Assembly (NCBI GenBank): GCA_949291375.1 | Contig: CASEVI010000001.1 | Span: 68,980 to 132,979, forward strand | Direction: 5' to 3' | DNA from: an uncultured bacterium | GTDB lineage: Bacteria; Bacillota_I; Bacilli_A; RFN20; CAG-826 | DNA length: 64,000 nucleotides | In this document: positions 38,479-47,815 of the stretch, piece after piece | Position numbering within the stretch: the first letter of the stretch is position 1 | Layout: each line of letters begins with the position of its first letter | Notes under the pieces: generated by a model | The model's input: only the letters and a program-made list of their open reading frames with translations | The model's database searches: none | What the model was told of the DNA's origin: nothing | Made by a program: the position numbers and the translations under genes

Positions 38479-40536
38479 TTATAAATCCATTGCTACTTTA
38501 TAAGCACCCCAAATAACATTTCTTAAATTGCCAACTTCTTTTGCATCTCCTACTAAGTGAACGTGAGACGATTTTTTAGCAAGTGGGGCTGGATTATAAC
38601 CAATTGAACAGATGATTGTATCATAATCTAAAGCGACTTCATTACCATAAATATCTACACAAACCACAGCCTTATCTGTAATTTCTCTAACATTTGTATC
38701 TAAATGAACATCAGTATTATGAAGTTTAAAGAAATCTCTTAAATATGAAGAGTTAGCTAAACATAACCCTCTAACAGCCATCAAATCTTGCTTTATTTCA
38801 ACAATTGAAACTGTTTTTCCTTTTAAAAGTAAATCATAAGCAATTTCGCACCCTGTTAAACCGCCACCAATAATTACAACTTTGTCACCAACTTGTTCTT
38901 TATTATCTAGATAAGATAATGCATCGATACATTTCTCTGCACCTTTAATATTTAATTTTCTAGCTTTTGCACCATTAGCAACAATTATTTCATCTTCCTT
39001 TAATTCTTGAATATCATTAATAGGTGTATTTAACTTAACATTAACTTTGAGTTGTTCCATTTGCCTTATATACCAAGCAATTAATTTCTTGTCATTATCC
39101 TTAAAATCAAAATTAGAAGCTTCACAGAAAACGCCACCTAAGTGATCGCTTTTTTCATAAATTGTCACTTTGTGACCTCTTAATGTGGCAACTCTAGCTG
39201 CTTCCATTCCTCCAATTCCACCTCCAATAATGGCAATAGATTTTGGAGTTTTTGCCTGTTGAATTCGATAAGAGCTATTCATTGTTTCAGGATTTAAAGC
39301 ACATCTTGACATGTGTTGAACATCGCTAAAAGCTTGATCATTAGCAACACCTTTATAATGAGCCATATTAAAGCAACCATTATGGCAATGAATACATGGC
39401 ATAATATCCTCTAATCTATCTTCCATTACCTTAGTAACCCAAGCTGGATCAGTTAAAAATTGTCTTGCTACACCCATCGCATCAATTTTTCCTTCTTTGA
39501 TAGCCTCGCTAGCAACATCTAAAGTCATTTTCCCTGCACAAACTAAAGGAATTGTGACTGCTTTTTTAAGTTCAGCAACATCTTCTAAATTACAATTATT
39601 TGGCATATAGACAGGTGGATGAGCCCAATACCAGGCATCATAAGTACCATTATCACAATTTAACATATCATATCCTGCATCTTGAAGATATTTAGCGGCT
39701 AATAAAGACTCTTCTAAATCTCTACCGACTTCGTTATAGTTACTTCCTTCTTCAGGAAGTGCGCCATGATCAAATCCTTTTGTTTTTGAAATAACTGAAT
39801 ATCTTAAAGAAACAGGGAAATCTTTTCCACATTTATCTTTAATCGCATGAACTACTTCTACAGGAAAACGATATCTATTAACAAAACTTCCGCCATAATC
39901 GTCAGTTCTTTGATTAGTATATTTTAAGGTAAATTGATCCAACAAATATCCTTCATGAACTGCGTGAACTTCAACTCCATCTACACCAGCATCTTTAAGC
40001 ATTTTGGAAGTTAAAGCATAAGCTTCGATTATTTCTTTGATTTCTTTAACTGTTAATGCTCTACATTTAATAGATGGATCCCAACGTGAAGGAAGTTCGC
40101 TTGGAGAAGCACATAAATAAGATGCGTCAATAATAGGTTTAGCTAAAAATCTCAAGACTTTATTTTTAGCTAATATTTTTAAAGGTTCGGTAATTGCAAA
40201 GCTTCTACCGAATCCAGCAGTAAGTTGAACAAATAATTTTGCGCCTGTTTTATGGAATTCTTCCATATAAACCTTTAATTCATCAAACATCTTTTTATTT
40301 TTATAAAGCCAACGATTTAAAATAGTATCTTTTAAAGGAGCAATACCTGGAATGATTAATCCAACATTGTTTTTAGCTCTAGTTAAAAAGAAATTTGCGG
40401 CTTCTTTGTCAAAATGGTTTCTTTCCATCCAACCAAAAAGAGATGTTCCACCCATTGGACATAAAACTATTCTATTTTTAATAGTTACATTCCCAATATT
40501 CCAAGGTGTAAATAAAGTTTCATATTCTTTTTTCAT
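38479..40536 (-). CDS. NADH:flavin oxidoreductase, Old Yellow Enzyme / 2-enoate reductase type with Fe-S and FAD domains
   Basis: VEVHAVHEGYLLDQF, RTDDYGGS..NRYRF, CIHCHNGC...C, two GxGxxG motifs. Confidence 0.93.
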   Translation of the reverse strand: MKKEYETLFTPWNIGNVTIKNRIVLCPMGGTSLFGWMERNHFDKEAANFFLTRAKNNVGLIIPGIAPLKDTILNRWLYKNKKMFDELKVYMEEFHKTGAKLFVQLTAGFGRSFAITEPLKILAKNKVLRFLAKPIIDASYLCASPSELPSRWDPSIKCRALTVKEIKEIIEAYALTSKMLKDAGVDGVEVHAVHEGYLLDQFTLKYTNQRTDDYGGSFVNRYRFPVEVVHAIKDKCGKDFPVSLRYSVISKTKGFDHGALPEEGSNYNEVGRDLEESLLAAKYLQDAGYDMLNCDNGTYDAWYWAHPPVYMPNNCNLEDVAELKKAVTIPLVCAGKMTLDVASEAIKEGKIDAMGVARQFLTDPAWVTKVMEDRLEDIMPCIHCHNGCFNMAHYKGVANDQAFSDVQHMSRCALNPETMNSSYRIQQAKTPKSIAIIGGGIGGMEAARVATLRGHKVTIYEKSDHLGGVFCEASNFDFKDNDKKLIAWYIRQMEQLKVNVKLNTPINDIQELKEDEIIVANGAKARKLNIKGAEKCIDALSYLDNKEQVGDKVVIIGGGLTGCEIAYDLLLKGKTVSIVEIKQDLMAVRGLCLANSSYLRDFFKLHNTDVHLDTNVREITDKAVVCVDIYGNEVALDYDTIICSIGYNPAPLAKKSSHVHLVGDAKEVGNLRNVIWGAYKVAMDL

Positions 40537-40651
40537 TATCCTTTTCTCCCTAATAAGTTTATGAATTTATTAATATTATAAAATAAAAGTTAAAAAGAAT
40601 AATCACTAATCTAATTAAATATTATATTTCTTAAAAGATATAAAAAAATAA

Positions 40652-40685
40652 AGTCGAATGATTAACTGAACTTCATCATTCGACT
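40652..40685 (-). terminator. Terminator of rlmD-mazG-like operon
   Basis: AGTCGAATGAT / ATCATTCGACT hairpin with a T tract on the minus strand. Confidence 0.7.
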
Positions 40686-40818
40686 AAAGGAGAAAAATAT
40701 TATATGCAATATAGTGAAATAAAAATATTAATTTAATTAATAAATATAATAGAGAGGACTATATTGCTTATGAATTATTAATAATGTTAAGGCTAAAACA
40801 AATTTTTGACAAGAGATT

Positions 40819-41142
40819 TTATAATTTATCGTATTTAGTTGCTTTCCCATAACTTTTTTCAACAGGATATTTTTCTTCATTTTTCTTCATTTTTTTATTA
40901 ATAATTTCATCTAAATCTAAATTAAGCTTAAGTGCTAAATCAATTACATAAACACTTACATCAGCTAATTCATCTTTAACATCGTCAATATTAAAATTAT
41001 TTTCATCCCATTGAAAACATTCTAATAATTCATTAGCTTCAATTGATATTGATTTTGCTAAATTAGCCGGCGAATGAAATTGATCAAAATTTCGATCATC
41101 ACTAAATTTTTTTATTCTTTCAACAGTTTCTTTTTTAATCAT
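40819..41142 (-). CDS. MazG-like nucleotide pyrophosphohydrolase
   Basis: QFHSPANLAKSISIEANELLECFQW, DELADV, NEEKYP. Confidence 0.9.
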   Translation of the reverse strand: MIKKETVERIKKFSDDRNFDQFHSPANLAKSISIEANELLECFQWDENNFNIDDVKDELADVSVYVIDLALKLNLDLDEIINKKMKKNEEKYPVEKSYGKATKYDKL

Positions 41143-41265
41143 AATAATTTTCCCTTATTATATTTTTTAATTCTAAATATACGTATTATAAATTTTAAAT
41201 TTTAGGAAAATCGATTTGGGTAAAAAACAATTTTCGGTTTTCTTTTCGAAATCTTTAAAATTTAT

Positions 41266-42603
41266 TTATCTTTTTAATTCCAAATAAACTACAGTTTCCA
41301 CATGGAATGTTCTAGGGAACATATCTACAAAATCTATGCTTTCAATATTATAATTTTTCTTTAAAATTGATAAATCGCGAGCAAGTGTTCCAACATCGCA
41401 AGAAATATAAACAATTTTTTTAGGATGAGAATTCATAATCCCTTTTAAAAATTTTGGGTCTAATCCTTTTCTTGGTGGATCAACAAAGACACAATCATAA
41501 GCCTTTTTTAATATTACATCTTTTGTATCACTAACAATAAATTTAGCATTTTTAATATTATTTAATTTTGCATTTTGATTAGCATCTTCAATCGCTTCTT
41601 TAACTATTTCAACACCTAAAACGTTTTTAACATATTTTGATACTATTAAACCAATCGTTCCAATTCCACAATATGCGTCCAAAATTTCATCTTCTTTTGT
41701 TAAATGAGCTTTAGAAATTGCTAATGAATAAAGTTTTTCACATTGATCATGATTTATTTGATAAAAAGATTTAGAAGAAATTTTAAAATTTACTCCTAAA
41801 AGAGAATCAAAAATAAACCCTCTCCCATAAGCAACTTCTTCTTTTTCTCCTAAAATAACATTAGTTCTTCTTTCATTATAATTATAAATAACAGTTGTAA
41901 TTTCTGGATTTAATTTTAATAATTCTTTAACAAAAACGCCTTTATTTTTAAATTGTTTTTCTTTTGTAACTAAAACAACCATTATTTCTTTACTTACTTT
42001 ACCAACTCTTATTAAAACATGCCTTAAAATACCTTCATCTTTATCTTCATCATAAGCACTTATTTTCATTGAAAGCATTAAATCTTTAATATTTTTTAAT
42101 ATAGAAACGTGTTCTTTACTTTCAATAACACATTCAGAAATTGGAACAATATCATGACTTTTAAAACGATAAAAACCATAAACTAACCTTTTTTGTTTAT
42201 CATAGCCAAAAGGAACTTGGATTTTATTGCGATAATAATATGGTTCTTCCATTCCAATGATTGAAGGATTTTTAACATCTATTTTAGCAATAGATTTTAA
42301 AGTATTTATAGCAACTTTTCTTTTATATTCTAATTCTTTTTCATATAAAAGATTTTGAAAAGAACATCCTCCACAACTAGTTGCACATGGACATTTAGGA
42401 TTTATTCTATAAGGAGATAATTTAGTTAGTTTTTTAATTTTACCAATATCATAATCTTTTTTATGATATAAAACTTCTATTTCAGCTTCTTCATCAATTA
42501 AAAGAGAAGGAACAAAATAAGTCCTTTTATTTTTATCTTTAGCTAATCCTTGACCATCAAAAGTAAAGTCGACACATTTAACATTTATAATTTCGTTTTT
42601 CAT
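41266..42603 (-). CDS. rlmD: 23S rRNA (uracil1939-C5)-methyltransferase
   Basis: TRAM domain, CGGCSFQ, YRNK, SFYQIN, DAYCGIGTIG, VDPPRKG, ISCD..TLARD, DMFPRTFHVE. Confidence 0.95.
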   Translation of the reverse strand: MKNEIINVKCVDFTFDGQGLAKDKNKRTYFVPSLLIDEEAEIEVLYHKKDYDIGKIKKLTKLSPYRINPKCPCATSCGGCSFQNLLYEKELEYKRKVAINTLKSIAKIDVKNPSIIGMEEPYYYRNKIQVPFGYDKQKRLVYGFYRFKSHDIVPISECVIESKEHVSILKNIKDLMLSMKISAYDEDKDEGILRHVLIRVGKVSKEIMVVLVTKEKQFKNKGVFVKELLKLNPEITTVIYNYNERRTNVILGEKEEVAYGRGFIFDSLLGVNFKISSKSFYQINHDQCEKLYSLAISKAHLTKEDEILDAYCGIGTIGLIVSKYVKNVLGVEIVKEAIEDANQNAKLNNIKNAKFIVSDTKDVILKKAYDCVFVDPPRKGLDPKFLKGIMNSHPKKIVYISCDVGTLARDLSILKKNYNIESIDFVDMFPRTFHVETVVYLELKR

Positions 42604-42611
42604 ATTTTTTA

Positions 42612-42917
42612 TTATTTAAAATAATTATTTATTAAATTTTTTTCTCCAATTATATTAATAAACTCTTTAGATGTAACTTCTTTATCATTATAAAGAAGTT
42701 TATTTATTTCTAAATATCCATTATTTACTTTAACAATTAATTTATTGTCTATTAAAGAAGTTATACCTCCATTATCTAAATATTGTAATGTTATAATTCC
42801 TTGATATTTTTTATAGTTTAAAAATATAACTACTTTATTATTTAAATAAGCATAATAAACATTATTATTATGCTTATTTATAAAATCAAAATCTTTATTA
42901 AAATCTAGTTTTTCCAT
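42612..42917 (-). CDS. Hypothetical protein
   Basis: 101-aa ORF co-oriented with and closely spaced to rlmD. No motif recognised. Confidence 0.5.
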   Translation of the reverse strand: MEKLDFNKDFDFINKHNNNVYYAYLNNKVVIFLNYKKYQGIITLQYLDNGGITSLIDNKLIVKVNNGYLEINKLLYNDKEVTSKEFINIIGEKNLINNYFK

Positions 42918-43027
42918 ATATTAACAATTAAATTAGTGACAATTATTTTCTTTTTTATTTTAAAAAGAAGAGAAATAATCGTATTTTTTCACTATTTTTT
43001 AAAAATTTATTTTATAATAAAAACACT

Positions 43028-43073
43028 AGATGGTGCTTCTTATTCTATCCCTTATAAGCACCATCTTTTTTTT
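43028..43073. terminator. Intrinsic terminator hairpin downstream of metG
   Basis: AGATGGTGCTT / AAGCACCATCT, with a T8 tract on the + strand. Confidence 0.65.
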
Positions 43074-43085
43074 AATATAAATAAT

Positions 43086-44675
43086 TTATTTATTACTCAT
43101 TAAAGACTTAACATATTCAACTTCTTTATTAACATCAAGTCTAGGGAAAAGAATTGCTCCTTTTTTAACATGTTTATTATCTAATAAATGTTCATTTAAA
43201 ATATTATTAAAATCAGCTTCTTCATTACTTAAGCTTAATTCTTCATAAACTTCTTTAACCTTTTTAACTAAAACAGGTTCTAAAAGTTTAGTTGAAACAA
43301 ATAAAACACGTGCTAAATGTGCTAAAACTGATTTTAAATTTTCCTTCTTAGTTTCATCTTTAGCTAATACCCAAGGAGTCGTTTCTTCAATATATTTATT
43401 TGCTCTAGAAACTAAAGTCATTACATCAATAAATCCTTCGGTAATTTTTAAATCATCTAATTCATTAATATATTTATCAATTGTTAATTTAATTAATGAA
43501 TCGATTTCATTATCTTCTTTATTTATATTTTTTAAATAAGAAGGAATAACTCCATCAAAATATTTTTCAATCATGGAAATAGTTCTTGATACTAAATTTC
43601 CATAGTTATTAACTAAATCCATATTGATACGATCAATAAATTGTTCAGGAGTAAACTGACCATCATTTCCAAATATAATTTCACGAGTTAAATAATATCT
43701 AAGAGCATCAACACCATATCTTTCAATTAATGGATAAGGTGAAACTACATTTCCTTTTGATTTAGACATTTTTCCATCTTTCATCATTAATAATCCGTGA
43801 ACAAAAACTCTATCTGGAAGTCTTAAACCCATTGATGTTAAAAATTCTGGCCAATAAATTGTATGGAAACGTGTAATATCAGCCCCAATTACATGAATAA
43901 TTTCACTTTCTTCACTTTCCCAGAATTTTTTATATAATGAATCATCTTCACTTAAATAATTTAAAGCGGAAACATAATTAAAAAGTGCATCAACCCAAAC
44001 ATAGGAAACATGTCCTTCATATTCTTTAATTGGAACACCCCATTTAAAAGAAGTTCTGGAAACACATAAATCTTCTAATCCAGGTTTAATAAAATTATTA
44101 ATCATTTCATTTTTTCTCCCTAAAGGATAAATACTTTTTTCTTTATCAAAGAATTCTTTTAATTCAGGTAAATATTTTTGAGTTTTAAAAAATAGACAAG
44201 GTTCTTCTTCTTTAACAACTTCTCTTCCACAATCAGGACAAAGATGATTTTCTCCAACCTGTGTATCGGTCCAAAAAGATTCACAAGGAATACAATACCA
44301 TCCTTTATAACTACCTAAATAGACATCATCATTTTTAATCATATGAGAGAAAACTTTTTGAACTACCGCTATATGTTTAGGATCAGTTGTTCTAATAAAT
44401 TCATCATTAGAAATTTCCATTACTCTCCATAAATCTTTAAACTTTGCAACGATTCCATCAACATAACTTTGAGGATCTAATCCAGCTGTTTTAGCATTTT
44501 TTTCAATTTTTAAACCATGTTCATCAGTACCTGTTAAAAAGAATGTTTCAAAATGTCTCATTCTTTTATAACGAGCAAAAACATCACATAAGGTAGTACA
44601 ATAAGCATGACCAATATGAGCATTTCCTGATGGATAATAAATAGGAGTTGTTATATAAAATCTTTTCTTTTCCAT
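43086..44675 (-). CDS. metG: Methionine--tRNA ligase (short form, no C-terminal tRNA-binding domain)
   Basis: ITTPIYYPSGNAHIGH, TGTDEHG, Zn knuckle CIPC...CPDC, YVWVDAL, KMSKS. Confidence 0.98.
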   Translation of the reverse strand: MEKKRFYITTPIYYPSGNAHIGHAYCTTLCDVFARYKRMRHFETFFLTGTDEHGLKIEKNAKTAGLDPQSYVDGIVAKFKDLWRVMEISNDEFIRTTDPKHIAVVQKVFSHMIKNDDVYLGSYKGWYCIPCESFWTDTQVGENHLCPDCGREVVKEEEPCLFFKTQKYLPELKEFFDKEKSIYPLGRKNEMINNFIKPGLEDLCVSRTSFKWGVPIKEYEGHVSYVWVDALFNYVSALNYLSEDDSLYKKFWESEESEIIHVIGADITRFHTIYWPEFLTSMGLRLPDRVFVHGLLMMKDGKMSKSKGNVVSPYPLIERYGVDALRYYLTREIIFGNDGQFTPEQFIDRINMDLVNNYGNLVSRTISMIEKYFDGVIPSYLKNINKEDNEIDSLIKLTIDKYINELDDLKITEGFIDVMTLVSRANKYIEETTPWVLAKDETKKENLKSVLAHLARVLFVSTKLLEPVLVKKVKEVYEELSLSNEEADFNNILNEHLLDNKHVKKGAILFPRLDVNKEVEYVKSLMSNK

Positions 44676-44771
44676 AAATTAAACTAACCTTTCTTTTTAC
44701 CTTTTGTTTTATAAAAATAATTAATAAATAATCATTGATTAATATATCATTTTTTTAATTTCTTTTATATA

Positions 44772-44804
44772 AGAAAAAATGGAGTTTTGATCTCCATTTT
44801 TTCT
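44772..44804. terminator. Terminator after rpmE
   Basis: AGAAAAAATGGAG / CTCCATTTTTTCT inverted repeat. Confidence 0.75.
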
Positions 44805-44825
44805 ATAAATAAATTTAATTTTAAA

Positions 44826-45032
44826 CTATTTTTTAAGTCCGTATTTTTTATTGAATTTATCAACTCTACCATCAGCTTGAACGAATCTTTGTTTTCCAGT
44901 ATAGAATGGATGGCAATTTGAACATGTATCAACTCTAATTTCTTTCATTGTTGATTCTGTTTCAAATGTTGCACCACAAGAAACGCATGTAACTTTGCAT
45001 TTTTGATACTTTGGATGAATTCCTTCTTTCAT
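44826..45032 (-). CDS. rpmE: 50S ribosomal protein L31 (zinc-binding type)
   Basis: [13 protein letters not shown]...[21 protein letters not shown]. Start moved to ATG 45032. Confidence 0.97.
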   Translation of the reverse strand: MKEGIHPKYQKCKVTCVSCGATFETESTMKEIRVDTCSNCHPFYTGKQRFVQADGRVDKFNKKYGLKK

Positions 45033-45167
45033 AATCTTTACTCCTTCCGCCTTGAACTTTCTTATATTCTTGTTCAAAGAAAGCATGTATCGAGATTATA
45101 GAAAAGAAAGGGATAAATATCAAGGAAAATATGCTTTTTTAGATATATTTACTTATATTTTACAAGT

Positions 45168-45774
45168 TTATTTTCCATTAATTGCGTCAAATGGATTTTT
45201 CTTAGTATAGTGAGTAGTAGGAATATATGTAAAAATTGTACTTGCTAATATTGAAATTAATAATAAAAGTAAAAATTCAATTATTCCAATATTTAAATAA
45301 CTAGCTTTAACTAAAATAAATGAAGTTAAATAATTGTTAATTACAACAACACAAACTATCGTTCCTATTAAAGATAAAACGAAATTTATTAAAGCAATAC
45401 CTAATCCTTCAAAGAAGAAGATAGAAAATACATCTATTTTTCTACATCCTAACGCTCTTAAAATTCCAATTCCCTTTTTTCTATAAGAAATACTATTAGA
45501 TATAAAGTTTCCAAAAAGAATCATTGAAAAATGGCTAGAAACACTCCGCAAATAGAAAGCCCAAATTTTAAAACCTTAAATGAGCCTGAAATATCATTAA
45601 TTCTAGCAACATTATTATTGTCAATAACAAATTTATTACTATCTAATTTATATTTTTCTTTTAAATTATTAATAGTAAAACTATCTATTTCATCATCATT
45701 TTTTAAATTGCATGAAGAAATAGATAAAAGTGAAAAAATAAAACGAATAAATTAATTTTTCTTTTTAATAACAT
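45168..45774 (-). pseudogene. Frameshifted lipoprotein-signal / FtsX-type ABC permease gene
   Basis: MLLKRKINLFVLFF, a shift at a T6 run, SLLSISSC...GVFLAIF, a shift at a T5 run, then SMILFGNFISNSISYRKKGIGILRALG. Two 1-nt deletions restore one ORF. Confidence 0.65.
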
Positions 45775-46311
45775 AATGTACCCTCAAAATTAGTAAAACT
45801 AAATCTAAAATAAATAAAATTGAAAAAATAATGAAAAAAAACAAAAATACAGTCGATTCATTAGTATCAATAAAAGCAAACCAAAAAACAATTTCTGTAG
45901 TGTAGTTATAATATATTGGATTTAAACAAGCATACGTAATTTGAATAAGAAGGATAGTAAAAAGTAATATCAAAAAACTCAACAATATTAAAAATAACGG
46001 ATCTTTTTTTATTCTTCTTTTAGTTTATTTATTAATATTTTCTTCTTTAGTTATTTTTTCTATGTTTTCATTATTTTCTTTATTATTTACATCGTTTTCT
46101 TTTGTCTCTCCATAAAAAAGTTCATCAATAGAAATATTAAAAATAGTATTGAGTTTATCCAAAATATCTAAAGAGATTTGATTTCTTCCATTTTCTAAAT
46201 ATGAAACAGCTTGTTTACTAATTCCTATCTTTTCACCTAATTCTTCTTGCGAAAGATTTTTATCTTTCCTTAAATTTTTAATTCTTAATCCAATTTCTCG
46301 TTACTAATCAT
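45752..46311 (-). pseudogene. Disrupted XRE-family HTH regulator with C-terminal membrane domain
   Basis: ATG 46311 with a frameshift at codon 5, then EIGLRIKNLRKDKNLSQEELGEKIGISKQAVSYLENG, an in-frame TAA at 46025-46027, and the same frame continuing into the two-TM ORF 45752-45985. Confidence 0.75.
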
Positions 46312-46666
46312 ATTCCTAAACATAATAAATCTATAAAATATTCGACATCAAGATATTTAAATAATATCTATATAACAATTTTTGTGGTTTTATAAGACAA
46401 TTTTCAATTAATATCATCATTTTTTATCCACACATAATTAAGTCATTAGGTAAATCAAAGCAGTTATTATAAACTTCAAAATATTTATCAATTAAACATC
46501 TAAATATGGATAAAATAAAGAAAAAAATTATTAATACCAATTTAAGTATAGAAACTAATAATAAAAATTGTTTTTTCATGAATTTCTTCATTATTTTAAA
46601 TTCATATAAATTTAAAAATTATATAAAAACAAAATTATTTTATAACAAAGAATTTTAAACAATAAA

Positions 46667-46712
46667 TCAACTATTAGTTGACTTTTATTAAATTTAGTCA
46701 ACTGTTATTTGA
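46667..46712. promoter_or_regulatory. Tandem TCAA-N7-TTGA palindromes (possible operators)
   Basis: TCAACTATTAGTTGA (46667-46681) and TCAACTGTTATTTGA (46698-46712), centres 31 bp apart. Confidence 0.4.
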
Positions 46713-46745
46713 CTAAATTATCTATAAATAAAAATTAATGATTAA

Positions 46746-47705
46746 TTAAAAAATAGATAATAAATAGTCTTCTTTTCCATAAATATATAGGAAATAAAGA
46801 GCAATTATTAAATCTAATGGATTATCTAATTTATATGATGAAACTATATTTAAAGAGAATTCATATACTTTAAAGATTTCCCAACCATCTTCTTCATTTT
46901 CACATTTTGAAAAGATATATTTTCTTTCTTCTTCTTTTCCTTTGATTTGAAGTTTTGGATACGATAAAGGAATTTCATTATAAAAAGTGGTTAAAAAAAT
47001 TAAAGAATAAAAAATAAGAGATTTAACCATATTAATATTATCACGTGGAAACTTATCTTTAAGATGATTATCAATTATTTCTAAGAATTCTTCGCATTTA
47101 TCTACTATACGAATATTATTATTAAATAAAGAAATTAAAGATTCATCAAAATATTTATAATATTTATTTAATTTTCTTTCTAGTAAAGAAGAAGAAAATA
47201 AATCAGCTTTATAAACATGATCAAATATCTTTTCTTTATACATTTCAAAATTATATTTTTCACCGCTTCCTAAATAAGAAAGATTTGAAACTACTATTAC
47301 TTTAACTCCTTTTAAAACAAGTGAAGATACATAAGAAAGAAATTCATCATAATGAGTTGAACCATATCTTTCTAAATCATCTAATATAACTAAATATCGA
47401 CATTCATTATTTATTTTTAAAATATAATCTAATGAAGAAATATCTTTAAATGGTGATACTGAAGTAGGTACTACACTATGAATAACTTCATCTTTATGTA
47501 CTTCCATATATAAAGATGTATTAATATCATCTATGTTTCTCTTTCCTAAAAGAGAAACATAGTAGATAGGAGTTTTTTTATAATCTTTAATAAATTCATT
47601 TAATAAATAAGTTTTCCCACTACCCCATTTACCATCAATTAAAATAACATTATCTTTACTTTTAACAAATTCTTTTAAAACATTTAATAATTCATTCTTA
47701 TTCAT
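46746..47705 (-). CDS. KAP-family P-loop NTPase
   Basis: Walker A DGKWGSGKT, Walker B VILDDLER, YKEKIFD. Confidence 0.75.
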   Translation of the reverse strand: MNKNELLNVLKEFVKSKDNVILIDGKWGSGKTYLLNEFIKDYKKTPIYYVSLLGKRNIDDINTSLYMEVHKDEVIHSVVPTSVSPFKDISSLDYILKINNECRYLVILDDLERYGSTHYDEFLSYVSSLVLKGVKVIVVSNLSYLGSGEKYNFEMYKEKIFDHVYKADLFSSSLLERKLNKYYKYFDESLISLFNNNIRIVDKCEEFLEIIDNHLKDKFPRDNINMVKSLIFYSLIFLTTFYNEIPLSYPKLQIKGKEEERKYIFSKCENEEDGWEIFKVYEFSLNIVSSYKLDNPLDLIIALYFLYIYGKEDYLLSIF

Positions 47706-47815
47706 ACCATTTACTATTTTAATCTAATTTCATAGTTTGTTAAGTAATTAAATATAGTAATAATCTAACTTTTATAAATATTTATTAATTAATAAACATG
47801 TTAAAATAATTAATT

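Noticed and set aside
45531-45755. 74-aa + strand ORF
   Set aside because: It is the antisense shadow of the frameshifted lipoprotein/permease pseudogene.
46424-46432. Perfect DnaA box TTATCCACA suggesting oriC
   Set aside because: Single copy. Roughly 0.7 are expected by chance in this window, and there is no box cluster or dnaA.
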